Assembly: GCA_002376845.1 (NCBI GenBank)
Contig: DFOS01000024.1
Span: forward strand, 160,819-224,818
Source: Bdellovibrionaceae bacterium UBA3535
Lineage (GTDB): Bacteria > Bdellovibrionota > Bdellovibrionia > Bdellovibrionales > UBA840
Reading direction: 5' to 3'
Length of the DNA stretch: 64,000 bases
The translations under genes were made by a program, and so were the position numbers. The notes under the pieces were generated by a model. That model saw nothing but the letters and a program-made list of their open reading frames with translations. It was not told the origin of the DNA and ran no database searches. This document shows positions 9,594-20,076 of this stretch, in pieces. Every line of letters starts with the position of its first letter. Positions within the stretch are counted from its first letter, which is position 1.

Positions 9594-9895
9594 ATTTTTG
9601 TATCACCTTTTTTATAATATATACATGTGGCTATAACAGTAACCACAAACAGGAGAAAGCTTTCAACAAACCTTTCCAGACTCAAAATCTCTCGATAGTA
9701 AATAAAAACATAAAATAATCCAAATAGTAGACTCGTTGAAAATAAGAAAACTGCAAAGAAATTTTTTTTAGTTTGTGCGGTACCAATATAGGGTTTGTGG
9801 CTACGCTTTCTTTTTTTAGTTCTATTTAAGACAATGGGTGTAAAAACAACCACCATTGATATGAATAAATACAGAAAAATCTCGTATACTTGCAT
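9590..9895 (-). CDS. 3-TM protein, putative diverged NuoA-like subunit
   Basis: 101 aa; TM1, basic loop with KPYIGT (cf. SAYESGT), two TMs, end IYYKKG (cf. FYEWKSG). Confidence 0.6.
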   Translation of the reverse strand: MQVYEIFLYLFISMVVVFTPIVLNRTKKRKRSHKPYIGTAQTKKNFFAVFLFSTSLLFGLFYVFIYYREILSLERFVESFLLFVVTVIATCIYYKKGDTKI

Positions 9896-9957
9896 ACTTA
9901 CATCATCATCACTTGCTATTTTATTGTCAATGTAGGATTCCTTCTTTATAAGAGCCT
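9896..9957. promoter_or_regulatory. Compact divergent sigma70-type promoters for the nuo-like/nuo operon and mfd
   Basis: Minus: TTGACA (9930-9925)-17-GATGAT-6-ATG. Plus: TTGTCA (9924-9929)-17-TATAAG (9947-9952)-5-ATG. Confidence 0.55.
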
Positions 9958-12900
9958 ATGGAATTTAAAAGTCCGCTTTGGAAAAATATTGATATAAAGC
10001 AAAACCATATATTTCATGGAAATATTAACTCGTCTTTTTTTGCTTTTCATATTAATTCATTTCTGCAAGAGCATCCTCATTATAACCCCTATGTCTTATG
10101 CAGTTCTCAGGAGATTCATGCTATATGCAGTGATATTTCACGCCTGAATCCAAATAAACAGGTTCTGACCTTTGAGGGACATGATGTTAGCCCGTATTCA
10201 AATTTATTGCCTAATCGAACCCATGCAAAAAAACGCCTGCGTTTCCTGGCCCGCAGCTTAAGGCCTTTGGGTAACGAAATTTTTGTTATCCCTGCTAAAC
10301 ACTGTATACAATTGTGTTTAAGTAAAAAACTTTTGGAAGAAAATCTGAAGATTTATAAAAGTGGCTCCGAATTGGACGCCAGTTTTTTTGAAGTCTTAAG
10401 TGATTGGAATTACCAAAATGTCGATACCTGCGAGGAAATGGGACAATTCGCAAATAAAGGTGGTATACTTGATATTTTTACTCCCTACCACGATCATCCA
10501 ATTAGAATTGAGCTATTTGGCGATCAAATTGAAAGCATGCGCTTTTACGACCCCCTTACACAACTTAGTCTTCATACGGCCAGCGAGTTGGTGATCTGTC
10601 CGGTTGGGGATTTTTCTTATCGCTTTACTTCTGCACAAAACTTAAGCCTTAACTGGATTGAGGATTGCCAAAAACGAGGTCTTACGAAATCCGATCTAGA
10701 TTCCTTTTTAGTACAAATTGGTAGAAAATCCTTTTTTCCGGAGTTGGATCATCTCTTTCACTATAGCACTACGCCTACAAGCACAGTTTTTGATTATATT
10801 CCTAATAACAGCAACTTAATCGTCTATGATAAAATCGCTTGTACTCAAGATTTGGACCATTTTATCGAAGAAGAAAAACGAGAAATGGATCTATCAGCTA
10901 AAAACTTGATACATCCTCCACTTGAAGCTGTTTACGATTTAAGCCTCAACATTGAAAACACTTGGTCACAAGCCAATCTAGTTTACAATCGATTGGCCCT
11001 TCACGAGGATCGAGCCGATTACAAAATTTTGCCTTGTAGAATTCATAACCTCAGTAAATTCAAATCCTTATTTGATAAATATCAGCATTCATTTGATAAA
11101 GAGTTTTTTTTCCATATTCAAGAGCTTCTTTCAAAAGGGTCTAGAGTTTTTGTTTGTACTAGCGGTGAAACGCGAAAAAAACGTCTAACCAATGCGTTTC
11201 GAGAAAATGGGATTTCTATACACGACTCAGAAGATTGGGTCGACCTATCAGAAAAGCCCGTACAGGAATGTGTCTTCTTTGTAGACTTCTCTTTAAATCA
11301 TTCATTTCATTATGAAAATGATGATATTTATTTTTTAAGTGAAGATTTGTTTTTTAACAAAGTAGCAAAAAGCACTTATCATGATAAGGCTGTTGCAGCG
11401 GATAAACAGCAATTGCGCTTTTCTGAACTCAGTCCAGGCGACAAGATTATTCATATAGGCAACGGCGTAGGCGTTTTTGAAGGAATGAAAGAACTCAACA
11501 TTGATGGAATTAAAACTGAGCTTCTATCATTGCGCTACAAAGATGGGGACACTCTTTATCTACCCATATACCGCATTCACCAAATTCAAAAGTATCAAGG
11601 ATCGGCTAGTCTAGATAAACTTGGCTCATCGAATTGGGAAAAGGCCAAGGTAAAAGTTAAAAACTCTCTCCGCGATATTGCCGCCGATCTTTTAAAAATT
11701 TACGCTGCTAGATCAAAATTTCATAAAACGCCCTATACAGCCCCCGATCAACGTTATTATGATTTTGAAGATCGTTTTCCCTATAGCGAAACTCCTGATC
11801 AAAGCCGCTCCATTGAAGAAATTTTAAGTGATATGCAAAGTGAAAAACCCATGGATCGACTGATCTGTGGTGATGTTGGTTTTGGTAAAACCGAAGTAGC
11901 TATGCGAGCTGCTTTTAAGGCTGCAAAAGACCATCGACAAGTTGCCGTTTTAGTACCAACAACCATACTTGCGCTACAACATTTTGAGTCTTTTCAACAA
12001 CGGTTCCAAGGTTTTGATATTAATATTAAAATGCTTTCTCGATTTACTCCTAGAAAAGAAATTAAAGAAATCATCCAAGGGCTCAAAAATGGCCAAGTCC
12101 ATGTCGTCATTGGCACCCATCGACTTTTAAGCTCCGATATAGATTTCTTCCATCTCGGATTACTAATAATTGATGAAGAGCATCGCTTTGGCGTAAAACA
12201 TAAAGAAAAAATCCGGCAAATCAAAGCTGGTGTAGATACTTTAGCAATGAGCGCTACACCTATACCACGAAGCTTAAATATGAGCATTATGGGTATTAGG
12301 GATTTAAGTTTGATTACGACCCCTCCACAAGATCGCTTGCCCATCCGCACCTATTTATGCAAACAAAACTGGGAAACAATTAAACAAGCCATACTCAACG
12401 AAATCCATCGCGGTGGTCAGGTCTATTTTTTACATAATCGAGTGCAAACCATATACCAGCGCGAACAAGAATTGCGTGAACTTCTTCCAAATTTAAGAAT
12501 CTGTGTTGGTCACGGCCAATTACCCGAAGATGAACTTGAAAAAATTGTGGTAGACTTTTTTCACGGAAAGTATGATTTGTTTCTTTGCACAACAATAATT
12601 GAATCTGGTATTGATAACCCAAAAGCAAATACCATTATTATTGATAATGCACAGAGGTTTGGTCTAAGTCAGTTATACCAAATACGTGGTAGAGTTGGCA
12701 GAAGCAAGGAAAGGGCCTATTGCTATTTGGTCGTTCCACCTAATACAAAGCTGGACAAAACGGCGCAGGAACGACTTCGTATTATTCAGGAGAACACTGA
12801 TCTTGGCAGTGGTTTTAAAGTAGCCAGTCATGATTTGGATTTGCGCGGAGCTGGTAACTTATTAGGAGAAGATCAGAGCGGCAATATAAATGCAGTTGGT

Positions 12901-13407
12901 TACGATCTATACTTAGATCTATTGGAGGATGCTATTAAAGAGGCCAAGGGGGAAGAGCCCAAAGAGCCGGAGGTGGAACCAGATATCAATATACCCATTA
13001 CCGCCTTAATACCTGATAAGTACATTCATGATATTAGACAGCGCTTGTCCATTTACAAGCAAATGAGTGAAGCTAGTAGCCACGAGGCGATGGCTGAGAT
13101 TGAAGAGAAAATTAAAGATCAATACGGCAAACTGCCTGAAGAAGTTATCAACCTTATGGGAATTATGATGATTCGAAGCACCTGCAAACGCTTGGGCATC
13201 AAAGACATAAAAGCTACTACCAAAGCTTTAAGTTTACGATTTACTGAAAATTCTAAAATCAAGATCGATAATCTAGTAGAAATTGCCATGCAAAATTCAA
13301 AGAAATATAAAATCACGCCTGATTACCGGCTTCTTATTTTTATGCCTTCTTCAAAGTGGGAAGAGATTTTAGGAGAAATTGAAAACTTAGAAAGGCAGCT
13401 TATCTAG
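9958..13407 (+). CDS. mfd: Transcription-repair coupling factor
   Basis: GDVGFGKTEVAMRAAF, DEEHRFG, QLYQIRGRVGRS, DLDLRGAGNLLG, RID and TRCF regions. Confidence 0.97.
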   Translation: MEFKSPLWKNIDIKQNHIFHGNINSSFFAFHINSFLQEHPHYNPYVLCSSQEIHAICSDISRLNPNKQVLTFEGHDVSPYSNLLPNRTHAKKRLRFLARSLRPLGNEIFVIPAKHCIQLCLSKKLLEENLKIYKSGSELDASFFEVLSDWNYQNVDTCEEMGQFANKGGILDIFTPYHDHPIRIELFGDQIESMRFYDPLTQLSLHTASELVICPVGDFSYRFTSAQNLSLNWIEDCQKRGLTKSDLDSFLVQIGRKSFFPELDHLFHYSTTPTSTVFDYIPNNSNLIVYDKIACTQDLDHFIEEEKREMDLSAKNLIHPPLEAVYDLSLNIENTWSQANLVYNRLALHEDRADYKILPCRIHNLSKFKSLFDKYQHSFDKEFFFHIQELLSKGSRVFVCTSGETRKKRLTNAFRENGISIHDSEDWVDLSEKPVQECVFFVDFSLNHSFHYENDDIYFLSEDLFFNKVAKSTYHDKAVAADKQQLRFSELSPGDKIIHIGNGVGVFEGMKELNIDGIKTELLSLRYKDGDTLYLPIYRIHQIQKYQGSASLDKLGSSNWEKAKVKVKNSLRDIAADLLKIYAARSKFHKTPYTAPDQRYYDFEDRFPYSETPDQSRSIEEILSDMQSEKPMDRLICGDVGFGKTEVAMRAAFKAAKDHRQVAVLVPTTILALQHFESFQQRFQGFDINIKMLSRFTPRKEIKEIIQGLKNGQVHVVIGTHRLLSSDIDFFHLGLLIIDEEHRFGVKHKEKIRQIKAGVDTLAMSATPIPRSLNMSIMGIRDLSLITTPPQDRLPIRTYLCKQNWETIKQAILNEIHRGGQVYFLHNRVQTIYQREQELRELLPNLRICVGHGQLPEDELEKIVVDFFHGKYDLFLCTTIIESGIDNPKANTIIIDNAQRFGLSQLYQIRGRVGRSKERAYCYLVVPPNTKLDKTAQERLRIIQENTDLGSGFKVASHDLDLRGAGNLLGEDQSGNINAVGYDLYLDLLEDAIKEAKGEEPKEPEVEPDINIPITALIPDKYIHDIRQRLSIYKQMSEASSHEAMAEIEEKIKDQYGKLPEEVINLMGIMMIRSTCKRLGIKDIKATTKALSLRFTENSKIKIDNLVEIAMQNSKKYKITPDYRLLIFMPSSKWEEILGEIENLERQLI

Positions 13408-13409
13408 CA

Positions 13410-13910
13410 TTAAGAGATTACATCCATATTTAATTTTCCAACTAATGGGTGCTTTATTTGAATGCTGTACAGTAAACCTTCTGCATTATATTGAAATTGG
13501 ACATGCGCATTTTTAATTGTTCCATAAAGATTGTTTTGATCAAACACGAGATCTACCTGCTCTTCTTTTTTAAGAAAGACCTTTTGAATTTTTTCATCCA
13601 CGAGCACCATTCCTAAAAGTGGCAATATATTCACGTCCAATACTTGCGATGTCGGTAAAATCAGACTTTCTTCATTATGTTTTTTGGCCTGTAACTTTCC
13701 TGTATCTAGGTCATAGGTAGATTGAAATCTATCGTTGGCTATTGTTTTGCCAAAAGCCGTTACTTGTAGTTTTGAAGTAACTAACAATGCACTATTCTGC
13801 TGGCGCTCAAAAAAAAAGTCCAAAGCAACAGACTTTAGACTTTTTTTGTATTTATATTGAAAATGGCTGTCTTCTACCTTGTAGAAAGCATCAATTAACT
13901 TCTTTTGCAT
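13410..13910 (-). CDS. Hypothetical beta-rich protein at the end of the atp operon
   Basis: 166-aa ORF overlapping the atpC stop and filling the gap to mfd; no motif recognised. Confidence 0.65.
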   Translation of the reverse strand: MQKKLIDAFYKVEDSHFQYKYKKSLKSVALDFFFERQQNSALLVTSKLQVTAFGKTIANDRFQSTYDLDTGKLQAKKHNEESLILPTSQVLDVNILPLLGMVLVDEKIQKVFLKKEEQVDLVFDQNNLYGTIKNAHVQFQYNAEGLLYSIQIKHPLVGKLNMDVIS

Positions 13911-14295
13911 CTAATCGCGCTTGCGCCCTTTGCATTTTACGGCGATACTTTTCAAGCTCGTTTTCGCCCAAACCTGCCATATTCATTCGTTCTTGAGAGA
14001 CCTTATATGCTTCCCTTGCGCGAGTGGTATCAATCTCTTCTTCCGTCTCGGCCGTTTCTGCCAAAACGGAGATCTTATCTCCTGCCACCTCTAAAAAACC
14101 CCAGGATATGGCAACATTGGTTAGCTTTTCTTCGCCCTCAAGCTTGTAGCGCAAAACACCTGTTGTAAGGGTAGACACCAACGGTGCATGGCCAGGCAGA
14201 ATGTTTAGCTCTCCCTTTTCAGCGGGCACAAAAAGATCCGTAGCCTTATCTTCAAAAAGTATTTTCTTTGTTGGTGTGGCCAAAGTTAAAAACAT
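13891..14295 (-). CDS. atpC: ATP synthase epsilon subunit
   Basis: GELNILPGHAPLV, GFLEV, VLAETAE. Confidence 0.97.
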   Translation of the reverse strand: MFLTLATPTKKILFEDKATDLFVPAEKGELNILPGHAPLVSTLTTGVLRYKLEGEEKLTNVAISWGFLEVAGDKISVLAETAETEEEIDTTRAREAYKVSQERMNMAGLGENELEKYRRKMQRAQARLDAKEVN

Positions 14296-14299
14296 ATAA

Positions 14300-15709
<1,410 letters not shown>

Positions 15710-15722
15710 TTATAACTCCTAA

Positions 15723-16601
15723 TTATAGTGCTTCTGCACCACTTGTAATCTCAATTAATTCTCTAGTAATTGCTGCCTGTCTTAAATTATTATAGGTCAA
15801 AGTAAGATCGCGAATGATATCACCTGCATTATTAGTGGCATTTTCCATTGCATTCATTCTTGCGCCATGCTCTGAGGCCAAACTTTCTGAAAAGCCTTTA
15901 TAGAATTGCATCACTATGGACTTTTCAAGCAGCTGATCCACGATTAACTGTGGTTGTGGTTCGTAAATGTAATCCTTCGAGTAGCTAGCTGCAGACTCCG
16001 CCCATAATTCTTCTTTAGGTTGAATGGGCAAAATCGTCTGTTGGGTAGGAACCTGTGACAATGCAGACTTAAAAACATTGTAGAACATTATTAGTTCATC
16101 ATATTGATTATCAAAGTAGTCATTGATTAGTTTTTCACTAAAGCCGCGTGTGTATTCAAAACTCATTTCTTTTACTAGGTTGAGAACCGTCTCTTGAACG
16201 TCGTAACCTCGGCGCTTTAAAAAATCAGCCCCTTTTCTACCCACACATACAATCGTAAAATCTTTTTGCCCTTTGTTGGATTCAAGATACTCAAATGCTT
16301 TCTTACTAATGTTGGCATTGAAACCACCGCACAAACCGCGATCACTAGTAATAAGAACTATCATTTCTTTTGTTCTTTTGCTTTCTTGCTTTTCATGAGG
16401 AAAAAACTTGGAATCAACGCGTTTTGTAGCTGCGATTTTCCCTACCACCTCATCAATTTTTTGGGCATAGGGTCTGGCATTTACAATAGCTTCTTGCGAA
16501 CGACGAAGCTTTGCAGCAGCCACCATCTTCATGGCTCTAGTGGTTTGCCGCGTGCTTTTCACACTGGATATTCTACGTCGAATGTCTTTTAAGTTCGCCA
16601 T
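15723..16601 (-). CDS. atpG: ATP synthase gamma subunit
   Basis: TRAMKMVAAAKL, SDRGLCGGFN, RQAAITRELIEI. Confidence 0.99.
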   Translation of the reverse strand: MANLKDIRRRISSVKSTRQTTRAMKMVAAAKLRRSQEAIVNARPYAQKIDEVVGKIAATKRVDSKFFPHEKQESKRTKEMIVLITSDRGLCGGFNANISKKAFEYLESNKGQKDFTIVCVGRKGADFLKRRGYDVQETVLNLVKEMSFEYTRGFSEKLINDYFDNQYDELIMFYNVFKSALSQVPTQQTILPIQPKEELWAESAASYSKDYIYEPQPQLIVDQLLEKSIVMQFYKGFSESLASEHGARMNAMENATNNAGDIIRDLTLTYNNLRQAAITRELIEITSGAEAL

Positions 16602-16611
16602 TTATATAATC

Positions 16612-18123
16612 CTAACTTTTTTGAAAAACACCATCGAATTCATCTAGTATGGAAGTCAGTTCTTGTTTAATGTCTTCTTTGAGTGCCTTCGCCTCGCGAA
16701 GCTTCTCCATAAAGGCTGTATGAGTTGATTTAACATAATCTAGAAACTCTTTTTCCCAGCGCTTCACATCTTTAATTTCTAGCTCATCAAGATATCCATT
16801 TGTGGCTCCATAAATTACCACTACCTGATCAAGAGTATCTATTGGTGAATACTGGTCTTGCTTCAGAATTTCTACCAACCGCTGTCCACGATTCAATTGC
16901 GCCTGGGTTGCTTTATCTAAATCTGAACCAAAAGCCGCAAATGCCTCAAGCTCGCGGTATTGCGCTAGCTCTAGTTTGATCGTACCAGCAACCTGCTTCA
17001 TCGCTTTGATCTGGGCAGACCCACCAACACGAGAAACCGAAATACCAACATTTACAGCTGGTCGAACCCCTTTATAAAAAAGGTCGGATTCTAGAAAAAT
17101 CTGCCCATCCGTAATAGAGATCACGTTGGTAGGAATATAAGCAGACACATCACCCGCTTGGGTTTCAATGATTGGAAGAGCTGTTAATGAGCCGCCGCCT
17201 TCTTCATCACTAAGCTTTGCTGCTCGCTCAAGAAGCCTTGAGTGCAAATAGAAAACATCGCCCGGAAAAGCTTCTCGGCCTGGTGGACGACGTAGCAATA
17301 ACGACATTTGTCGATAAGCTTGAGCTTGTTTTGTTAAATCATCATATACGATTAAAGCGTGCTGACCATTATCACGAAAATACTCACCCATGGTTACACC
17401 GGTATATGCGGCCAAATATTGCAGGGGCGCTTGCTCCGAGGCAGTAGCCGAAACCACAGTGGTATATTCTAAGGCGCCTGTCTGACGGAGTTTTTCCACC
17501 ACTTGGGCAACGGTTGATTTCTTTTGTCCAATGGCAACATACACACACTTAACGCCTGTGCCTTTTTGGTTAATAATTGTATCCAAGGCAACGGCGGTTT
17601 TTCCGGTCTGCCTATCACCAATGATCAACTCCCTTTGTCCACGGCCAATGGGAATCATAGAATCAATTGCTTTGATACCTGTTTGCAGAGGCTCATGTAC
17701 CGACTTTCTTTTCACAATACCCGGTGCTTTGATCTCAACCTGGCGATTTTCTTTAGCTTCAATATTGCCCTGCCCATCAATAGGATTACCAAGGGCATCG
17801 ACGACTCTACCTAATAGAGCCTCGCCTACCGGAACCTGAACGATTTGCTTTGTTCGCTTTACTTCATCGCCTTCTTTAATATGCTGGTCTTCACCAAAAA
17901 TCACGATACCAACTGAATCACTTTCAAGGTTCAGAGCCATGCCCACAACCCCGCCAGGAAATTCAACCAACTCACCCATCATCACATTGGTTAGGCCTCT
18001 TACCTTTGCAACCCCGTCACCAACAGACAAAACTGTGCCGTTTTCGTATACCTCTACCTTGGTATTATAATTTTTAATTTGTTCTTTTAAGACACTACTA
18101 ATTTCTTCTGCACGAATTTCCAT
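16612..18123 (-). CDS. atpA: ATP synthase alpha subunit
   Basis: [31 protein letters not shown]. Confidence 0.99.
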   Translation of the reverse strand: MEIRAEEISSVLKEQIKNYNTKVEVYENGTVLSVGDGVAKVRGLTNVMMGELVEFPGGVVGMALNLESDSVGIVIFGEDQHIKEGDEVKRTKQIVQVPVGEALLGRVVDALGNPIDGQGNIEAKENRQVEIKAPGIVKRKSVHEPLQTGIKAIDSMIPIGRGQRELIIGDRQTGKTAVALDTIINQKGTGVKCVYVAIGQKKSTVAQVVEKLRQTGALEYTTVVSATASEQAPLQYLAAYTGVTMGEYFRDNGQHALIVYDDLTKQAQAYRQMSLLLRRPPGREAFPGDVFYLHSRLLERAAKLSDEEGGGSLTALPIIETQAGDVSAYIPTNVISITDGQIFLESDLFYKGVRPAVNVGISVSRVGGSAQIKAMKQVAGTIKLELAQYRELEAFAAFGSDLDKATQAQLNRGQRLVEILKQDQYSPIDTLDQVVVIYGATNGYLDELEIKDVKRWEKEFLDYVKSTHTAFMEKLREAKALKEDIKQELTSILDEFDGVFQKS

Positions 18124-18642
18124 TTAGTGTACTCCATTATTGATATAGTTTTTCATATTATTCAGTTGATTTAATAAACTTCCATCCATTTTCATGCTGC
18201 CAACATCCACAATAAACCCGCCCAATATGGCAGAATCTACTTTATAATTAAGGATGGCTTTTTTGTTTGTCGTTTTGTTAACGTAGGCTTCAATCAATTC
18301 TTTTTGTTGGGAATTGAGTTCATCTGCAGATGATACGGTTCCACGAATGACGTTCATCTCTTTATCAATGAGTGCTTGAAATTCTTCATGCACCATTGGC
18401 AGCAATGAAAACCTCTGATTGTTTGCCATAATACCAAGAGCCTCTTTAAGCTCTGGCTCAAAATCAAACTTTGCTAAAAAATTGGCAACATCTCCTTCAG
18501 CAAAATAAATTTTTTCATTTATTTGTTCCACAGCACTAGCTAACTCCGACAATTGTAGAAGCACCTTTTCACTTTTGGAATTTGCCTTACAAACATCGTA
18601 AAGTGCTTTAGCATAATTGGTGGCAATATCTATCTTTGACAT
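18124..18642 (-). CDS. atpH: ATP synthase delta subunit
   Basis: YAKALY, VDSAILGGFIV...DGS; position. Confidence 0.95.
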   Translation of the reverse strand: MSKIDIATNYAKALYDVCKANSKSEKVLLQLSELASAVEQINEKIYFAEGDVANFLAKFDFEPELKEALGIMANNQRFSLLPMVHEEFQALIDKEMNVIRGTVSSADELNSQQKELIEAYVNKTTNKKAILNYKVDSAILGGFIVDVGSMKMDGSLLNQLNNMKNYINNGVH

Positions 18643-19175
18643 TATTTCGTTGCTCCAAAGCTTTTCACCAGGTGTTCTTGAATATTTTCATGATCTTGAC
18701 GCTGCATCTTTGATTGAATCATTTCCTCTGCATTGGATATGGAAGCATCCAACAAATCAGATTTTAACTTTTGAATGGCATCATTCACCTGAGATCTATA
18801 TGTTTTTTCTGTCTCCGCCTTTAAATTGGCGGCATTTCTTTTTGCGGTATCCACGATTTCTACACGATTTGCTTCTGCTTTTACTACGGCCTTATCAATC
18901 ATGTTTTCAAAATTATTTTTAATATCATCTATTTTGGCTTGAATCTCTTTTTGATTTTGCTCCGCCTCTCTCTTTAGGGCGGCTGCCTTTTCTACAGCTT
19001 CTTGGTACGCTGCCTGGCGGTTATTATAATAAGATTTAACCTTATTTCTTAATAAGAAGAACAATAGCAGCAAATAAAGACTAAAATTTAATACTTGCGT
19101 AAAAACCAGATTTCTTACTTCTTCTGAGCTGGCACTTCCTGCCGCAAATAATAAGTCAGAAAATAAAAGTATCAT
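18642..19175 (-). CDS. atpF: ATP synthase b subunit
   Basis: QVLNF TM followed by a long coiled coil; position. Confidence 0.9.
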   Translation of the reverse strand: MILLFSDLLFAAGSASSEEVRNLVFTQVLNFSLYLLLLFFLLRNKVKSYYNNRQAAYQEAVEKAAALKREAEQNQKEIQAKIDDIKNNFENMIDKAVVKAEANRVEIVDTAKRNAANLKAETEKTYRSQVNDAIQKLKSDLLDASISNAEEMIQSKMQRQDHENIQEHLVKSFGATK

Positions 19176-19615
19176 TAAAAGGATCTCCCAACCAACTTCT
19201 CCACAATGCTTTTACTAATATGGGGTGTTTCATTGCGAAATCTTTCTTGTGCTTGCCCTACCTCTTGAGAAATTTTCTGATTGGTTTGCGCTAGAAAGTT
19301 CTCGCTTTCCGCACGGGCTTGATCCATGATTTGTTTGGCTTCTTTTTCACCCGCTTGCTTGGCATGTCGGAATTTTTCTTGAATTTTGTTATTAAGATCT
19401 TTTTGCAGACGATCAAACTGGATATGAAGGTCTTGCGTTTTCATGTCGATTTCTTCTGCTAAACTCTCTTTGCCAACAGTATTTTGCTCGCGCTTACGAT
19501 GTACTGCAAGATAGGGCTCAAATAAGAATTTGGCCAAAAACAGATAGGCAACCAGAAAAATACCGAATTGATAGAAAATTGTATAGTTCAGACCAAGTGA
19601 CTGAATAACTTCCAT
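19175..19615 (-). CDS. ATP synthase b' subunit
   Basis: N-terminal TM, LFEPY...RE, coiled coil; second b-type gene. Confidence 0.9.
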   Translation of the reverse strand: MEVIQSLGLNYTIFYQFGIFLVAYLFLAKFLFEPYLAVHRKREQNTVGKESLAEEIDMKTQDLHIQFDRLQKDLNNKIQEKFRHAKQAGEKEAKQIMDQARAESENFLAQTNQKISQEVGQAQERFRNETPHISKSIVEKLVGRSF

Positions 19616-19716
19616 GGGATACGTATCCTTTGCAAAATAGCAAAGTCAGGTAGCATCGCATTTTGAATTTGGTCAAGTAAAATTAGAATTTACAAAGAGC
19701 TCCAGAATAACGCGTC

Positions 19717-20076
19717 TTAATTCTTAGGCATATAACTGGCGCCCTCAAAAAGCACACCCTCATCTATTTTTAGACTCGGCGTTGTAACGGTTCCCTTAAA
19801 TGTTGCTGGCGGATACATCAAAACCTTACGGCGAGCAAAAATATGGCCTTGCACATAGCCACTTATTATCACTGTGTCTGCTTCGATCTGCCCTTCGACT
19901 TCCGCCTCTTCGCTTATCACCAAGGTATCTTTCGTGAAAATCTCACCCTTGAAGCGACCACCAATACGAACTGTGCCCTCAAAACTCAATTGCCCTTCAA
20001 AGCGAGCACCCTTATCTAGAATGGCAGTTATTTGACCTTCAGGAACTTCATATACTGGTAATTTCTCTTCTTGCAT
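19717..20076 (-). CDS. Bactofilin (polymer-forming cytoskeletal protein)
   Basis: Beta-helix repeats FEGQLSFEGTVRIGGRFKGEI...LKIDEGVLFEG; ATG overlaps the parB stop (TAATG). Confidence 0.92.
   Translation of the reverse strand: MQEEKLPVYEVPEGQITAILDKGARFEGQLSFEGTVRIGGRFKGEIFTKDTLVISEEAEVEGQIEADTVIISGYVQGHIFARRKVLMYPPATFKGTVTTPSLKIDEGVLFEGASYMPKN

Noticed and set aside
4896-9895. Interpretation as pseudogenes, a prophage or an O-antigen/ABC permease island
   Set aside because: All seven frames are open and coupled; no integrase, ATPase or glycosyltransferase is nearby; order and residual motifs follow the nuo membrane subunits
4896-9895. Interpretation as an Mrp antiporter or hydrogenase membrane module
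   Set aside because: Order small-medium-small-small-large-large-large with a NuoA-like first gene matches the adjacent nuo run, not mrpABCDEFG; no hydrogenase genes are present. Not fully excluded without a profile search
16570-16583. ATTCTACGTCGAAT as another parS-like site
   Set aside because: Three mismatches to the motif, and explained by the conserved atpG codons for IRRRI
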